This document shows, one piece after another, positions 13,505 through 25,190 of a stretch of DNA of 64,000 nucleotides. Origin of the DNA: Eledone cirrhosa (Eukaryota); the NCBI GenBank assembly GCA_964016885.1, contig CAXHJY010000480.1, forward strand, positions 17,079-81,078, read 5' to 3'. Within the stretch, counting starts at the first letter, position 1. Each line of letters starts with the position of its first letter. Under the pieces are notes generated by a model. That model saw only the letters and a program-made list of their open reading frames with translations. It did not search any database and was not told the origin of the DNA. Both the position numbers and the translations under genes were made by a program.

Positions 13505-13602
13505 CATGTATGTATATATGTATTTCTTCCTCTAACCGTGAAACTAATACGACTTTGTTATTACATCCTCTTGTTTGTTTTTTATTTACTTTTATATATA
13601 TT

Positions 13603-13649
<47 letters not shown>

Positions 13650-13697
13650 CCATACCTTAAAATGGCCTCAGCTGGTGCGCCATAACATGTGAAAGAG

Positions 13698-13957
13698 CAT
13701 CATCATCATCATCATCATCTTATGTCCACTTTTCCCTGCTTGCAAGGGTGGGACGGGAACTGATTCTGGCTTGATTTCTACAGCTGGATGCCCTTCCTAA
13801 CACCAACCTCATTTACAGTGAGTGCTGGCTGGTTTTTGCCGTGGCACCTACACGACCACTTTGTGGAATGAGTAAACTGGAGCAATGTGAAATAAAGTGT
13901 CTTGCTCAAGGAAACAACACATCACCCGAGTGATGTGTTGTTTCCTTGAGCAAGACA
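13698..13957 (-). mobile_element. Partial SINE copy (3' tail to CORE) ending in a fold-back of its own CORE segment
   Basis: (CAT)n plus RTE tail; TGTCTTGCTCAAGGAAACAACACATCAC-ccga-GTGATGTGTTGTTTCCTTGAGCAAGACA; tRNA head absent. Confidence 0.8.
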
Positions 13958-14091
13958 AACAAGAGGATGTAATAACAAAGTCGTATTAGTTTCACGGTTA
14001 GAGGAAGAAATAGATATATACATACATACACACACACACACATATATTATTTTTTTTTTTTTTTTTTTTTTTTCCTTGCCGCAAATGTTTG

Positions 14092-14985
14092 TCGGATGGA
14101 AAAAGTTCAGAGAGCTTATACCACTATTAGCCGCTAAAGGGTTCTCCCTAAAAATGAAAGGCAGGTTGTATGATGCCTGCATACGAACAGCGATGCTGCA
14201 TGGCAGTGAGACCTGGGCATTATGTGCAGAGGATATACGCAGACTAGAGAGGAACGAAGCTTGCATGCTCCGCTGGATGTGTAATAGTGATATACGTGAA
14301 CGGCTAAGCATAAACGAACTAAGGAAAAAATTAGAGATAAGAGGGATCAGATGTTGTTTACTCGAGAGAAGGCTACGTTGGTATGGACACGTGATGCGCA
14401 TGAAAGTCGATAGCTGTATAACAAAATGCAGGGCAATAAAGATAGACGGTAGTCACGGAATAGGCAGACCTAGAAAAACCTGGGACGAGCTGATAAACTC
14501 CGACATCACACACTTACACCTCTCCAAGACAATGTCACTGGACCGAGACCTTTGGCGGTACTCAGTAACAGAGAAGACCCGCCTTACCTAAATATATAGT
14601 AAAACCTACTCCAGCCAGTAGGCATCTCTAACAAAATACACCCCGTCCCACCACCCCCACCCCATCCACACCACCCCGTTCAATGTAAAGTTATGTTGGT
14701 GCCGCGCCATCGAGGCCGAAACAAATGAGATCGTGTAGGTGTCACGACAAAAAAAACACACAGTCCACGCTGTAATGTGGCCGTGTAGGCAACACGGTAA
14801 AAACCTCCCAGACCCACACTGTAAATGTGGTTGGTGTTAGGAAGGGCATCCAACTGTAGAAAACCTGCCAGACAGTCCTATGCGAGCAAGACAATCACTC
14901 TTGCCTCAAGTGGGACTACCCCCGTCCAAACCCATGCAAGCGTGGAACACGGACGTTAAACGTTGATGATGATGATGATGATGAT
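14092..14985 (+). mobile_element. 5'-truncated RTE family A LINE
   Basis: [15 protein letters not shown]...TEKTRLT stop, full 3' UTR, (TGA)n tail into (TA)n. Confidence 0.92.
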
Positions 14986-15135
14986 ATATATACATATATA
15001 TATACATATACATATATACATATATATATATATACATATATATATACATATATATATACATATATATATATACATATATATATATACATATATATATATA
15101 CATACATATATATATACATATATATACATACATAC

Positions 15136-15217
<82 letters not shown>

Positions 15218-15372
15218 TGTTACACTTTGGGAGGGTCATGCTGCCAATAAGAAACACACGCACCAGTTGCTTTCACTTCAATTTAATTTATTAAATATTT
15301 ATAAATTTACAAATTTATAAATTTCTGGTTGGTTGGTTGGTTCCACAACCAGATAGTTGTTTATATATATAT

Positions 15373-15417
15373 AGTCATAGTTCTTTCGTCACACACTCTG
15401 TGACCTCTTCAGTGACT
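15373..15417 (-). ncRNA. Mirror copy of the hammerhead motif in the left palindrome arm
   Basis: Exact reverse complement of 15539-15583. Confidence 0.7.
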
Positions 15418-15538
15418 GGGGATTTCTTTCTTCGTTTCTGTGCCTTTCCTTTCTTCTATCCTACGCCATTTTGTTTGACAAACAAAATGGCGTAGGATAG
15501 AAGAAAGGAAAGGCACAGAAACGAAGAAAGAAATCCCC

Positions 15539-15583
15539 AGTCACTGAAGAGGTCACAGAGTGTGTGACGAAAGAACTATGACT
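15539..15583 (+). ncRNA. Minimal type I hammerhead ribozyme motif
   Basis: Stem I AGTCA/TGACT; core CTGAAGA; one extra G; stem II GTCACA/TGTGAC; GAAA; minimal stem III; CUA triplet ending at 15578. Confidence 0.7.
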
Positions 15584-15798
15584 ATATATATATAAACAAC
15601 TATCTGGTTGTGGAACCAACCAACCAACCAGAAATTTATAAATTTGTAAATTTATAAATATTTAATAAATTAAATTGAAGTGAACGCAACTGGTGCGTGT
15701 GTTTCTTATTGGCAGCATGACCCTCCCAAAGTGTAACAATATCGGTTTCAACACACGATTTCAGATAAAGAATCTTGCTAAACAAATTCAGAAACGAA

Positions 15799-15883
<85 letters not shown>

Positions 15884-15899
15884 CATATATAATACATTT

Positions 15900-15967
<68 letters not shown>

Positions 15968-16025
15968 CATATATAATACATTTTTCATACATCTATATTA
16001 TTATATATTTGAAACCACGTGTTTT

Positions 16026-16114
16026 CGAACTTGTGAGTACATTTTCCTTTAACTACAAATTATTATTATATACTTTCGTCTTTTCATTAACTTAATTAAT
16101 TTCAAATAACCAGA

Positions 16115-16147
<33 letters not shown>

Positions 16148-16535
16148 CTCATATTTATATATATACGCTTCTCACTCACACACAAGAAAAACAAAAAACA
16201 AAAAAAAAATAAATCAAAAATAAATTTAAAAAAAAATATATATATATTGAAATACTTAACTAAAACACACACACACGAACTTGTGAGTACATTTTCCTTT
16301 AACTACAAATTATTATTATATACTTTCGTCTTTTCATTAACTTAATTAATTTCAAATAACCAGAATATACATATATATATATATATATACTCATATTTAT
16401 ATATATACGCTTCTCACTCACACACAAGAAAAACAAAAAACAAGAAAAACAAAAAACAAAAATAAATCAAAAATAAATAAAAATAAAAAAAAAAATATAT
16501 ATATATTGAAATACTTAACTAAAACACACACACAC
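16026..16535 (+). repeat. Tandem duplication of a ~250-bp unit in the LINE 5' UTR
   Basis: CGAACTTGTGAGTACATTTTCC... starts at about 16027 and 16276. Both units end ...CTTAACTAAAACACACACACAC and differ only in simple-repeat lengths. Confidence 0.9.
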
Positions 16536-16546
16536 TCAAAACTAGA

Positions 16547-17713
16547 ATGGCTAACCAGCAAAAATCCAAACAGAACTGGTCTGATAATGAAATCGACATT
16601 CTAATAAACACATGGCATTGCCTTTCCCAAACAGAAAATATAGATGCTTCATCTCTGAACGACATTGCTAAACGTACAGTTCAATTTTTGAAAACTCGAT
16701 CTGAACAACAGATTCAAAATAAATTAAAGCAAATCGAAATTGCTTTTAAATTAATCAATAAACATTTGGATAAACTACGGTGTGTTTTCTCTTCAAATGC
16801 TGTCCAGCAGCAGCAACAACAACAACAGCAGCTACAACAGCAACAACAACAACAGCAACAACAACAACAACAGCTACAACAACAACAACAGCAACAACAT
16901 CAACAACAACGACAACAACAGTGTGAACCACTCCTTGATTCATCAACAATGGCCGATCTACTAAATGAAACTATTGACCCCCCAGTGGCCTCTGTCTCAC
17001 AGCATGAAACGCCACATCCTTTCTCTGGCCCAGCAGTCCAATCATCACCACTGCCAACATCTCTGCCTACTACTACTACTACTACTACAACATTTTTGTC
17101 TACTGCTATGTCAAGGAATTTACCTTCTAATACCAGAACAAGAACTCTCCCTCCCACAGTCCACAAAGGTCGTCAAATCCTACCCAAACCATCATCTACA
17201 CCTCTCACAACACCCACACCCACATACCCACCCACTCGAAACCCCATCATTTGCCGCTACTCTCTACGCTATAGAATATGTACGGATAGTGGCTGCAAAT
17301 TCACCCATTTACCTAGGACAAAACGATCTATCCCCACAAACAGCCACCACCATAATACATACTCTAATTTAACACCAACACAACCACCAATAACTCAAAC
17401 AAGGAATCCACAAATCTGCCGTTTTTCCCTGCGAGACAGATTGTGTTTAGACCGGGATTGTCCCTTTACCCATCTCCCGGGGACCCGTCGGATAAATGAA
17501 AATAAAATTAAAAATAAAAGCAAAAACAAAAACCATAACCTACATAAAAATAACCACTACCACAGTCACCAACAGTCTTCTAAACAGGAAACTTCTTCCT
17601 CTTTTTTAGCCATAATGAATCTGGCAAAAGAACTGGAAAAAAACATTCGAGCTATCACCCAGCACCACCCTCCACTATCACCCCACTGCACAAACTCCCA
17701 TTGCTGCCATTAA
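16547..17713 (+). CDS. LINE ORF1 protein (388 aa): Myb/SANT-like N-terminus, polyQ tract, P/T-rich linker, two CCCH zinc fingers
   Basis: ATG start; NWSDNEIDILINTW...RSEQQIQNKLK resembles the Myb/SANT trihelix pattern; CRYSLRYRICTDSGCKFTH and CRFSLRDRLCLDRDCPFTH are C-x8-C-x4-C-x3-H. Confidence 0.85.
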   Translation: MANQQKSKQNWSDNEIDILINTWHCLSQTENIDASSLNDIAKRTVQFLKTRSEQQIQNKLKQIEIAFKLINKHLDKLRCVFSSNAVQQQQQQQQQLQQQQQQQQQQQQQLQQQQQQQHQQQRQQQCEPLLDSSTMADLLNETIDPPVASVSQHETPHPFSGPAVQSSPLPTSLPTTTTTTTTFLSTAMSRNLPSNTRTRTLPPTVHKGRQILPKPSSTPLTTPTPTYPPTRNPIICRYSLRYRICTDSGCKFTHLPRTKRSIPTNSHHHNTYSNLTPTQPPITQTRNPQICRFSLRDRLCLDRDCPFTHLPGTRRINENKIKNKSKNKNHNLHKNNHYHSHQQSSKQETSSSFLAIMNLAKELEKNIRAITQHHPPLSPHCTNSHCCH

Positions 17714-20700
17714 CAAACAAACAAATTAACAACACACCAAAACAATTAAAACCATCCACTCTCGCCTCTACATTTTTGCTTAACGCCCAAGGCATCAGCC
17801 CTTCCACCAATACTCAAAAATGGAAGATCAAATTCCTGGAGGACTGGATTGATGTCCATCCAAACCACATCCCTTTCTTCGTCCTCACTGAAACCCATCT
17901 CAGTAACCTCCACTTGGAAGCCGAGGTGAAAGTGAAAAATTTCAAAGCCATCCGTGCTGATCGCGCTGGCAGAAGAAAGGGCGGAACTGCCATTTATGTC
18001 CATAATTCTTTCTCAACAGAGGCTATGAACATATTCACTAATGGATACTGTGAGGCAGTCACTGTATTCAGTCAAACCAACAACCTATTAGTAGTTGGGC
18101 TCTATAGGCCACCCCAAACGCCTGTACCATGCTTCAAGGAATGCCTCAACAGCATAAAGTGTTTCATCCAAGAGTGTCACCCTGACAACATCTTGATGAT
18201 GGGGGACTTCAACCTCCCCGGAGTTGACTGGTCCACAAACACCCTGCCACCAGGTTCTTCTGCCTCAACCTCTGACAGGGAAGCTGTGGAATCGCTTCTT
18301 GACTTCATGGATGATTTCTTCCTATCCCAACTAGTGCTCGAACCAACGAGGTGCCACAAAAACGTCCTAGATTTAATTTTCAGCAATCACACTGACAATA
18401 TCCACAATATTGCAGTGGAGAAAACTCTACTCTCTGATCATGACATGGTTCTCTGTGATCTGAGTTTCCACCGTCCAATATACAAACCCAATGTCATTTC
18501 TCCTGTCCATCCGTTTGACGCTATGGATTTCCACAATGCAAACTGGGAAGCGATCAGTCATGATCTTGCACATGTCGACTGGTCCTTCACGCACACTCAT
18601 ACACCCACTAACATCAAAAAGTCCTGGCAGACATTTGTGGACACTGTTACAAACATATGTGCTAAACACACCCCATTAAGAACTATAAACAAATCTAAGA
18701 GCAGAATCCCTAGAAATAGAAAAACACTCATCAGAAAAATTAAGAGAACGAACAAAAAAATCAACAAGCTGAAATACTGTCAGCAGCAACACATCAACTT
18801 GACTGCCATTTCATCACTAGAGATTAAAAAACATAACCTCCAAAACAACATAATGTCCCTCATCAACAATCAGAGAAGAGCTGAAGAGGCCTGGGCCATT
18901 GAGAAGATCAAACTCAATCCCAAAGTGTTCTTTTCATTTGCAAAAAAACACAAAATCACTGGCTCTACTGTTGGCCCTCTAATTGATGAAAATGGCACTC
19001 TTCAAGACAATGCTAAAACCATGGGTGAGATACTGCAGAAACAATACTGCTCTGTTTTCAGCAATCCTGATATGGCCGATCTGGGCTGTATCGGCGATGT
19101 TACTCCCCATTACACCTTATCGGACATAACGTTTGGCGCCCCTGATGTCTTGGCGGCAATAAAGGAAATCAAGCATAATTCAGCAGTAGGTCCCGATAGG
19201 TTCCCTGCTTGTGTCTTGAAGGCGTGTCAACACCAACTTGCTTCTCCTCTTGCCAATCTGTGGCGGAACTCACTGGATGCTGGATATGTGCCAGAAAACC
19301 TTCTATCCCAGTCTGTTGTCCCAGTTTTCAAAAAGGGAAACAAATCCCTTGCCGTGAATTACCGTCCAATCTCACTCACCTCTCATATCATTAAGGTATT
19401 TGAGCGAGTGGTGAGATCGCGAATGACCCACTTCCTTGAGAGTAACAATATGCTGAACTCCAACCAGCATGGATTCCGTAATGGAAGGGATTGCCTGACG
19501 CAACTACTGCATCACTTTGATGACATTTTGAGAGCCTTGGGAGAGGGTTCCAACACTGATGTTATCTACCTTGATTTCAGCAAGGCCTTTGACAGGGTTG
19601 ATCATAACATTCTACTGAGAAAGCTGTCCAATATTGGTGTCACTGGAAAGCTGCTGCAGTGGATCAAGAGCTTCCTGTCAAACAGAACCCAACATGTTGT
19701 AGTTGAGGGAGTCAAATCAAGCCCAGCCAAAGTCAGTAGTGGAGTCCCACAAGGCACTGTGTTGGGCCCACTTCTCTTCATCATCTATATTAATGACATC
19801 ACTGACATCATCAAACACAGCAACATTAAAATTTTCGCTGATGATTCCAAGCTCCAAAAGGTCATCAATGGCGTGGATGACCGGATAAGCCTTCAGTCAG
19901 ACCTACTGGCTGTTACCCAATGGGCAGAAAAGAACAACATGTTACTGAACGAAGATAAATTCGAACTGATCCACTTTGGAAAAGAGGATGCTCTGAAACT
20001 CCCGTACTCCCTTCCCTCCGGGGAAACTCTCGTGGCATCTAACAACATCAGAGACTTGGGAGTAACCGTGGACAGCAACATAAGCTGGACCACGCATATA
20101 AGCAGCAAAGTTGACATGGCCCGCAGAATGTGTTCCTGGATCCTCAGAACCTTCCAGTCGAGAGATTCCCGCACCATTATCCTTCTCTTCTCTACTTTCG
20201 CCCGACCACACCTTGAATACTGTTGTCCACTGTGGTCTCCCCACACGAAACAAAGTATCATGAAACTTGAAGCTCCTCAAAGGGCAATCACGAAAAAGAT
20301 AGATGGCATGTCAGACCTTGACTACTGGGGTCGATTGGAAAACCTGAAACTTTACTCACTCCAACGTCGCCGTGAGCGTTATATTATCTGCATGATGTGG
20401 AAAATGTTCCATCATCACTGCCCAAATGATGTTGGCATCGCCTTCAAGATACACCCAAGGCTTGGGCCCCGTGCTATCCGTCCCATTCAAAAATCTAAAT
20501 CGCAACTCATAACAACAATACGGCACAATTATTTCACCTCAATCGGCCCTGCTCTCTTCAACATCACACCAGGACACGTCAAAACAGAAACTGACCACAC
20601 AAAATTCAAGAAGTCTTTGGACAAATTCCTCCAAGTAATCCCGGACAAACCACCCACACCCGGATATGTCTCCGCAAACAGTAATTCTCTTCTCGAATGG

Positions 20701-20721
20701 GCCATGGTGCCCAAATCCTGA
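17701..20721 (+). CDS. LINE ORF2: apurinic-like endonuclease plus reverse transcriptase (about 1006 aa, intact; true start uncertain)
   Basis: APE motifs LLNAQG, LTETHL, YRPP, MGDFN, LDL, SDH. RT motifs [40 protein letters not shown]-terminal RPHLEY and LQRRRER. No stop codons. Confidence 0.95.
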   Translation: MLPLTNKQINNTPKQLKPSTLASTFLLNAQGISPSTNTQKWKIKFLEDWIDVHPNHIPFFVLTETHLSNLHLEAEVKVKNFKAIRADRAGRRKGGTAIYVHNSFSTEAMNIFTNGYCEAVTVFSQTNNLLVVGLYRPPQTPVPCFKECLNSIKCFIQECHPDNILMMGDFNLPGVDWSTNTLPPGSSASTSDREAVESLLDFMDDFFLSQLVLEPTRCHKNVLDLIFSNHTDNIHNIAVEKTLLSDHDMVLCDLSFHRPIYKPNVISPVHPFDAMDFHNANWEAISHDLAHVDWSFTHTHTPTNIKKSWQTFVDTVTNICAKHTPLRTINKSKSRIPRNRKTLIRKIKRTNKKINKLKYCQQQHINLTAISSLEIKKHNLQNNIMSLINNQRRAEEAWAIEKIKLNPKVFFSFAKKHKITGSTVGPLIDENGTLQDNAKTMGEILQKQYCSVFSNPDMADLGCIGDVTPHYTLSDITFGAPDVLAAIKEIKHNSAVGPDRFPACVLKACQHQLASPLANLWRNSLDAGYVPENLLSQSVVPVFKKGNKSLAVNYRPISLTSHIIKVFERVVRSRMTHFLESNNMLNSNQHGFRNGRDCLTQLLHHFDDILRALGEGSNTDVIYLDFSKAFDRVDHNILLRKLSNIGVTGKLLQWIKSFLSNRTQHVVVEGVKSSPAKVSSGVPQGTVLGPLLFIIYINDITDIIKHSNIKIFADDSKLQKVINGVDDRISLQSDLLAVTQWAEKNNMLLNEDKFELIHFGKEDALKLPYSLPSGETLVASNNIRDLGVTVDSNISWTTHISSKVDMARRMCSWILRTFQSRDSRTIILLFSTFARPHLEYCCPLWSPHTKQSIMKLEAPQRAITKKIDGMSDLDYWGRLENLKLYSLQRRRERYIICMMWKMFHHHCPNDVGIAFKIHPRLGPRAIRPIQKSKSQLITTIRHNYFTSIGPALFNITPGHVKTETDHTKFKKSLDKFLQVIPDKPPTPGYVSANSNSLLEWAMVPKS

Positions 20722-20808
20722 ATTGAAAGACTTCGCCAGGTGGTGCTATTAAGTTAGACATGGCCTGGGCCAATACTGGCCAAAACATTTCAAAGTTATT
20801 CAAAGTTA

Positions 20809-20885
20809 TATATACATATATATATACATATATATATATATACATATATATATATACATATATATATATACATATATATATATAC

Positions 20886-20934
<49 letters not shown>

Positions 20935-21077
20935 CATATATACATATATATATATACATATATATATATACATATATATATATACATATATACATATATA
21001 TATATACATATATATATACATATATACATATATATATATACATATATATATATACATATATATATATACATATATAC

Positions 21078-21156
<79 letters not shown>

Positions 21157-21299
21157 CATATATATATATACATATATATATATACATATATATATATACA
21201 TATATATATATACATATATATATATACATATATATATATACATATATATATATACATATATATATATACATATATATATATATACATATATATATATAC

Positions 21300-21380
<81 letters not shown>

Positions 21381-21427
21381 CATATATATATATACATATA
21401 TATATATACATATATATATATACATAC

Positions 21428-21460
<33 letters not shown>

Positions 21461-21485
21461 CATATATATATATACATATATATAC

Positions 21486-21570
<85 letters not shown>

Positions 21571-21733
21571 CATATATATACATATATATATATACATATA
21601 TACATATATATATATACATATATATATATATACATATATATACATATACCTATATACATATATATATACATATATATATACATATATATATATACATATA
21701 TATATACATATATATATATACATATATATATAC

Positions 21734-21764
<31 letters not shown>

Positions 21765-21945
21765 CATATATATATCTACATATATATATATACATATATA
21801 TATACATATATATATACATATATATATACATATATATATACATATATATATACATATATATATATACATATATATATACATATATATATACATACATATA
21901 TATATATATATACATATATATATACATATATATATATACAAATAT
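20809..21945. repeat. Compound (TA)n tract with periodic C interruptions (CATATATA type)
   Basis: Read directly from sequence; the same type fills 24656-25190 and 25901-27608. Confidence 0.97.
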
Positions 21946-24655
21946 ATACAGCTGTCGTCTTTCATGCGCATCACGTGACCATACCAACGTAGCCTTCTCT
22001 CGAGTAAACATCTGATCCCTCTTATTTCTAATTTTTTCCTTAGTTCGCTTATGCTTTGCCGTTTACGTATGTTACTATTACACATCCAGCGGAGCATGCA
22101 AGCTTCGTTCCTCTCTAGTCTGCGTATATCCTCTGCACACAATGCCCAGGTCTCACTGCCATGCAACATTGCTGTTCGTATGCAGGCATCATACAACCTG
22201 CCTTTCATTTTTAGGGAGAACCCTTTAGCAGCTAATAGTGGTATAAGCTCTCTGAACTTTTTCCATCCAGTTCTGACTCTAGCTACTGTACTTTCAGAGC
22301 ACCCTCCCACACTGCTGATTTTGTCACCCAGTTAACGGAAGCTGTCCAATTTCTATAGAGCCCTCTGCGCAGTTGTAAGAGCTAGTATTTTGTGGGCACT
22401 TGCTGCTACTTATTGCACCAGAGCACCGGCCACATGTTAAATCTATGTTCTTAGTTAGCTTACCTGTGATCCCACTACACCTTTTATGCACCCATACCTT
22501 GAATTTGGGACATAAAACGGAGTTTCTACCTACGCCTTTCCTACACACTGAGCATGGCCATTTCCCGGAAGGGACGGCCGCCTTATTTTCTTTCCGACAA
22601 ACTAGAACTTTAGTCTTAGCCAGGTTAATTTTAAGGCCTTTTGATTCTAGGCCGTGCTTCCATGTTTGGAATTTCTTCTCTAGCTCGGCCATTGATTCAG
22701 CTATGAGTGTCAGGTCGTCTGCGTATAGGAGTTCCCATGGGCAGCCGGTCTTGAACTCCTCTGCTATAGCCTGAAGGGCAATAATAAATAGTAGGGGGCT
22801 GAGAACAGAGCCCTGATGGACGCCAACTTTTACGCTAAACTCTTCACTATATTCGTTGTTAATTCTAACCTTGCTGACTGTTTCTTTATACATGGCTTGT
22901 ATAGCTCTCACAAGCCATTCGTCGACACCTAGTTTTCTAAGGGCCCACCAGATAATGGAACGGGGGACTCTGTCGAAGGCTTTCTCCAAGTCGACAAAAG
23001 CTAAGTAGAGGGGTTTACCTTTAGCTAGGTACTTCTCCTGTAGTTGTCGTACAATGAAAAGAGCATCTGTGGTACTTTTGCCTGACACAAACCCGAACTG
23101 CATTTCATCTAGGTCAATTCTCTCTCTGATTAGTTGCGCTATTACTTTTTCCGTGACCTTCATGACCTGGTCGATTAATTTAATGCCTCTATAGTTACTC
23201 CTATCTAGGGCATCTCCTTTACCCTTATAACAGTTAACGATGATGCTGCTATGCCAGTCCTTCGGAACAACCCCATTCTGTACGACTTGGTTAACTATCC
23301 GGGTGACCATGGTGTGTCCCACCGTGCCAGATGCCTTCAGCATCTCAGCAACTATTTCCGAAGGCCCAGCCGCCTTACCCGTCTTCATATCCTTGATTGC
23401 CTTACTTATTATACTACCCTCGACTAACACTGCTGGTCCCTCTATTGGGTCGATGTGGGGGAGACTGTCTTTCTCCCATTTATTCTCCTCATTTAGTAGC
23501 CTTTCATAGTGACACTTCCAAGCTACCTTCTTATCAGCGTCGGTGATTGGCAAGTACGTCGTCATCATTAAGTACACACTTCTCCCCGACAATATCACGG
23601 TTTTCCTTGACACATTGCCTAGCAATCCTGAACACCTCACGTTTTTGGTCCTCGCGTTGTAGAACATGCTTGAACTTTCTTTCCTCTGCTTCCCTTCTTG
23701 CGAAGTACACTTGTCTCCTAGCTTCCCTCCTGGCCACTTGATAGTCTTCTCTACTTCCCCCATCCCGCCATACTTTCCAAGCCTGCTTTTTGGCCTTAAT
23801 TGACCCCTCCACCTTACTGTTCCACCACCATGTTACTCTCCTCCTGCCTACAGGCCTGCTCCAGCCACAGACTTCGTCTGTCGCCATCAGCAGGTTTGCT
23901 TACAGAAATTCCCACTGTCCCTCTATATTGTCCGACTCTAAATGCTCTTCCTTACTGTCGAAAGCATCAAGTAATATGCTTTTTAAATTTATTTCTGGCT
24001 GTGGGGTCCTTTAGCTTCCATATTTTTCTCCTGAGGATAGTCCTCTTCTGCTGTCGAGTACGTCTCGTCCTGACTATGAGGTCGCTAATTATCAGTCTAT
24101 GTGGGGAGATGCATTCTTCATGGGGGAGGGATTTAGTGTTTACAACAGACACTCTGTCACGTCTTCTGGTAAGGATATAATCTACCTGGCTTATGTGTTC
24201 CCCGGATCTATAGGTAATCAGGTGATTGTCACGTTTTTTGAAGTTAGTGTTACAGATAGTTAGGTTATTTGCGTCACAGAATTCCAGGATTCTGGAGCCT
24301 TCCTCTCATTTCTAGTACCACCCAAAGCCTCCATGGATTTCGTCGTAGCCGTCACAATGTTGTCCAACGTGACCATTTAGGTCGCCTGCAATAATTATAT
24401 AGTTACTGTCAGATATTTGGGAGGTAGTAAGCAACAGTGTCTCATAGAATCTGTCTTTTATAGTGCCGGGCAGGCCGGATTGGGGTGCGTACGCAGATAT
24501 TACTGTCACCGTAGTTCTATTGAGGACAAGTCTTATTTTAATTATTCTATTCACTCTATTTACGTCTATTATCTTATCTGCCCACTTTTCTGCTACCATG
24601 ATTCCTACTCCACCCAGCCCATCGTCGTTTCCCACCCAGAAAAGCTTATAACATC
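21946..24655 (-). mobile_element. RTE family A LINE lacking both ends (partial APE, RT, PHD-like finger), with several frameshifts
   Basis: [50 protein letters not shown] and YADD motifs across ORFs 24312-, 23534- and 22324-23763. The 3' side stops at MKDDSCI in (TA)n. Confidence 0.92.
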
Positions 24656-24683
24656 GTATATATATACATATATATATATACAC

Positions 24684-24716
<33 letters not shown>

Positions 24717-25053
24717 CATACATATATATATATACATATATACATACATATATACATACATATATATATATATACATATATACATACATATATATATACA
24801 TATATACATACATATATACATACATATATACATACATATATACATACATATATACATACATATATATATATACATATATATATACATATATATATACATA
24901 TATATATATACATATATATACACATATATATATATACATATATATACACATATATATATACATATATATACACATATATATATATACATATATATACACA
25001 TATATATATATACATATATATACACATATATATATATACATATACATATATAC

Positions 25054-25099
<46 letters not shown>

Positions 25100-25133
25100 A
25101 TACATATATATATATATATACATATATATATAC

Positions 25134-25166
<33 letters not shown>

Positions 25167-25190
25167 CATATATATATATACATATATATA

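Larger units (their letters stand above)
15214..15798. mobile_element. Penelope-like pseudo-LTR element: 264-bp inverted repeat (15214-15477 / 15479-15742) plus a short unique 3' extension, inside (TA)n
   Basis: Arms are reverse complements around a single A at 15478, with one mismatch seen. Each arm has a hammerhead motif and a downstream AATAAA. Confidence 0.75.
15990..20808 (+). mobile_element. Apparently full-length two-ORF non-LTR retrotransposon of the CR1 group (possibly Zenon-like)
   Basis: 5' region with a duplicated ~250-bp unit, ORF1, uninterrupted APE-RT ORF2, ~85-nt 3' UTR ending (TTCAAAGTTA)2, then (TA)n. The 5' boundary is approximate. Confidence 0.88.

Noticed and set aside
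14700-14735. GAGGCCGAAAC in the RTE family A 3' UTR as a possible hammerhead half
   Set aside because: No upstream CUGANGA and no closing stems in any copy.
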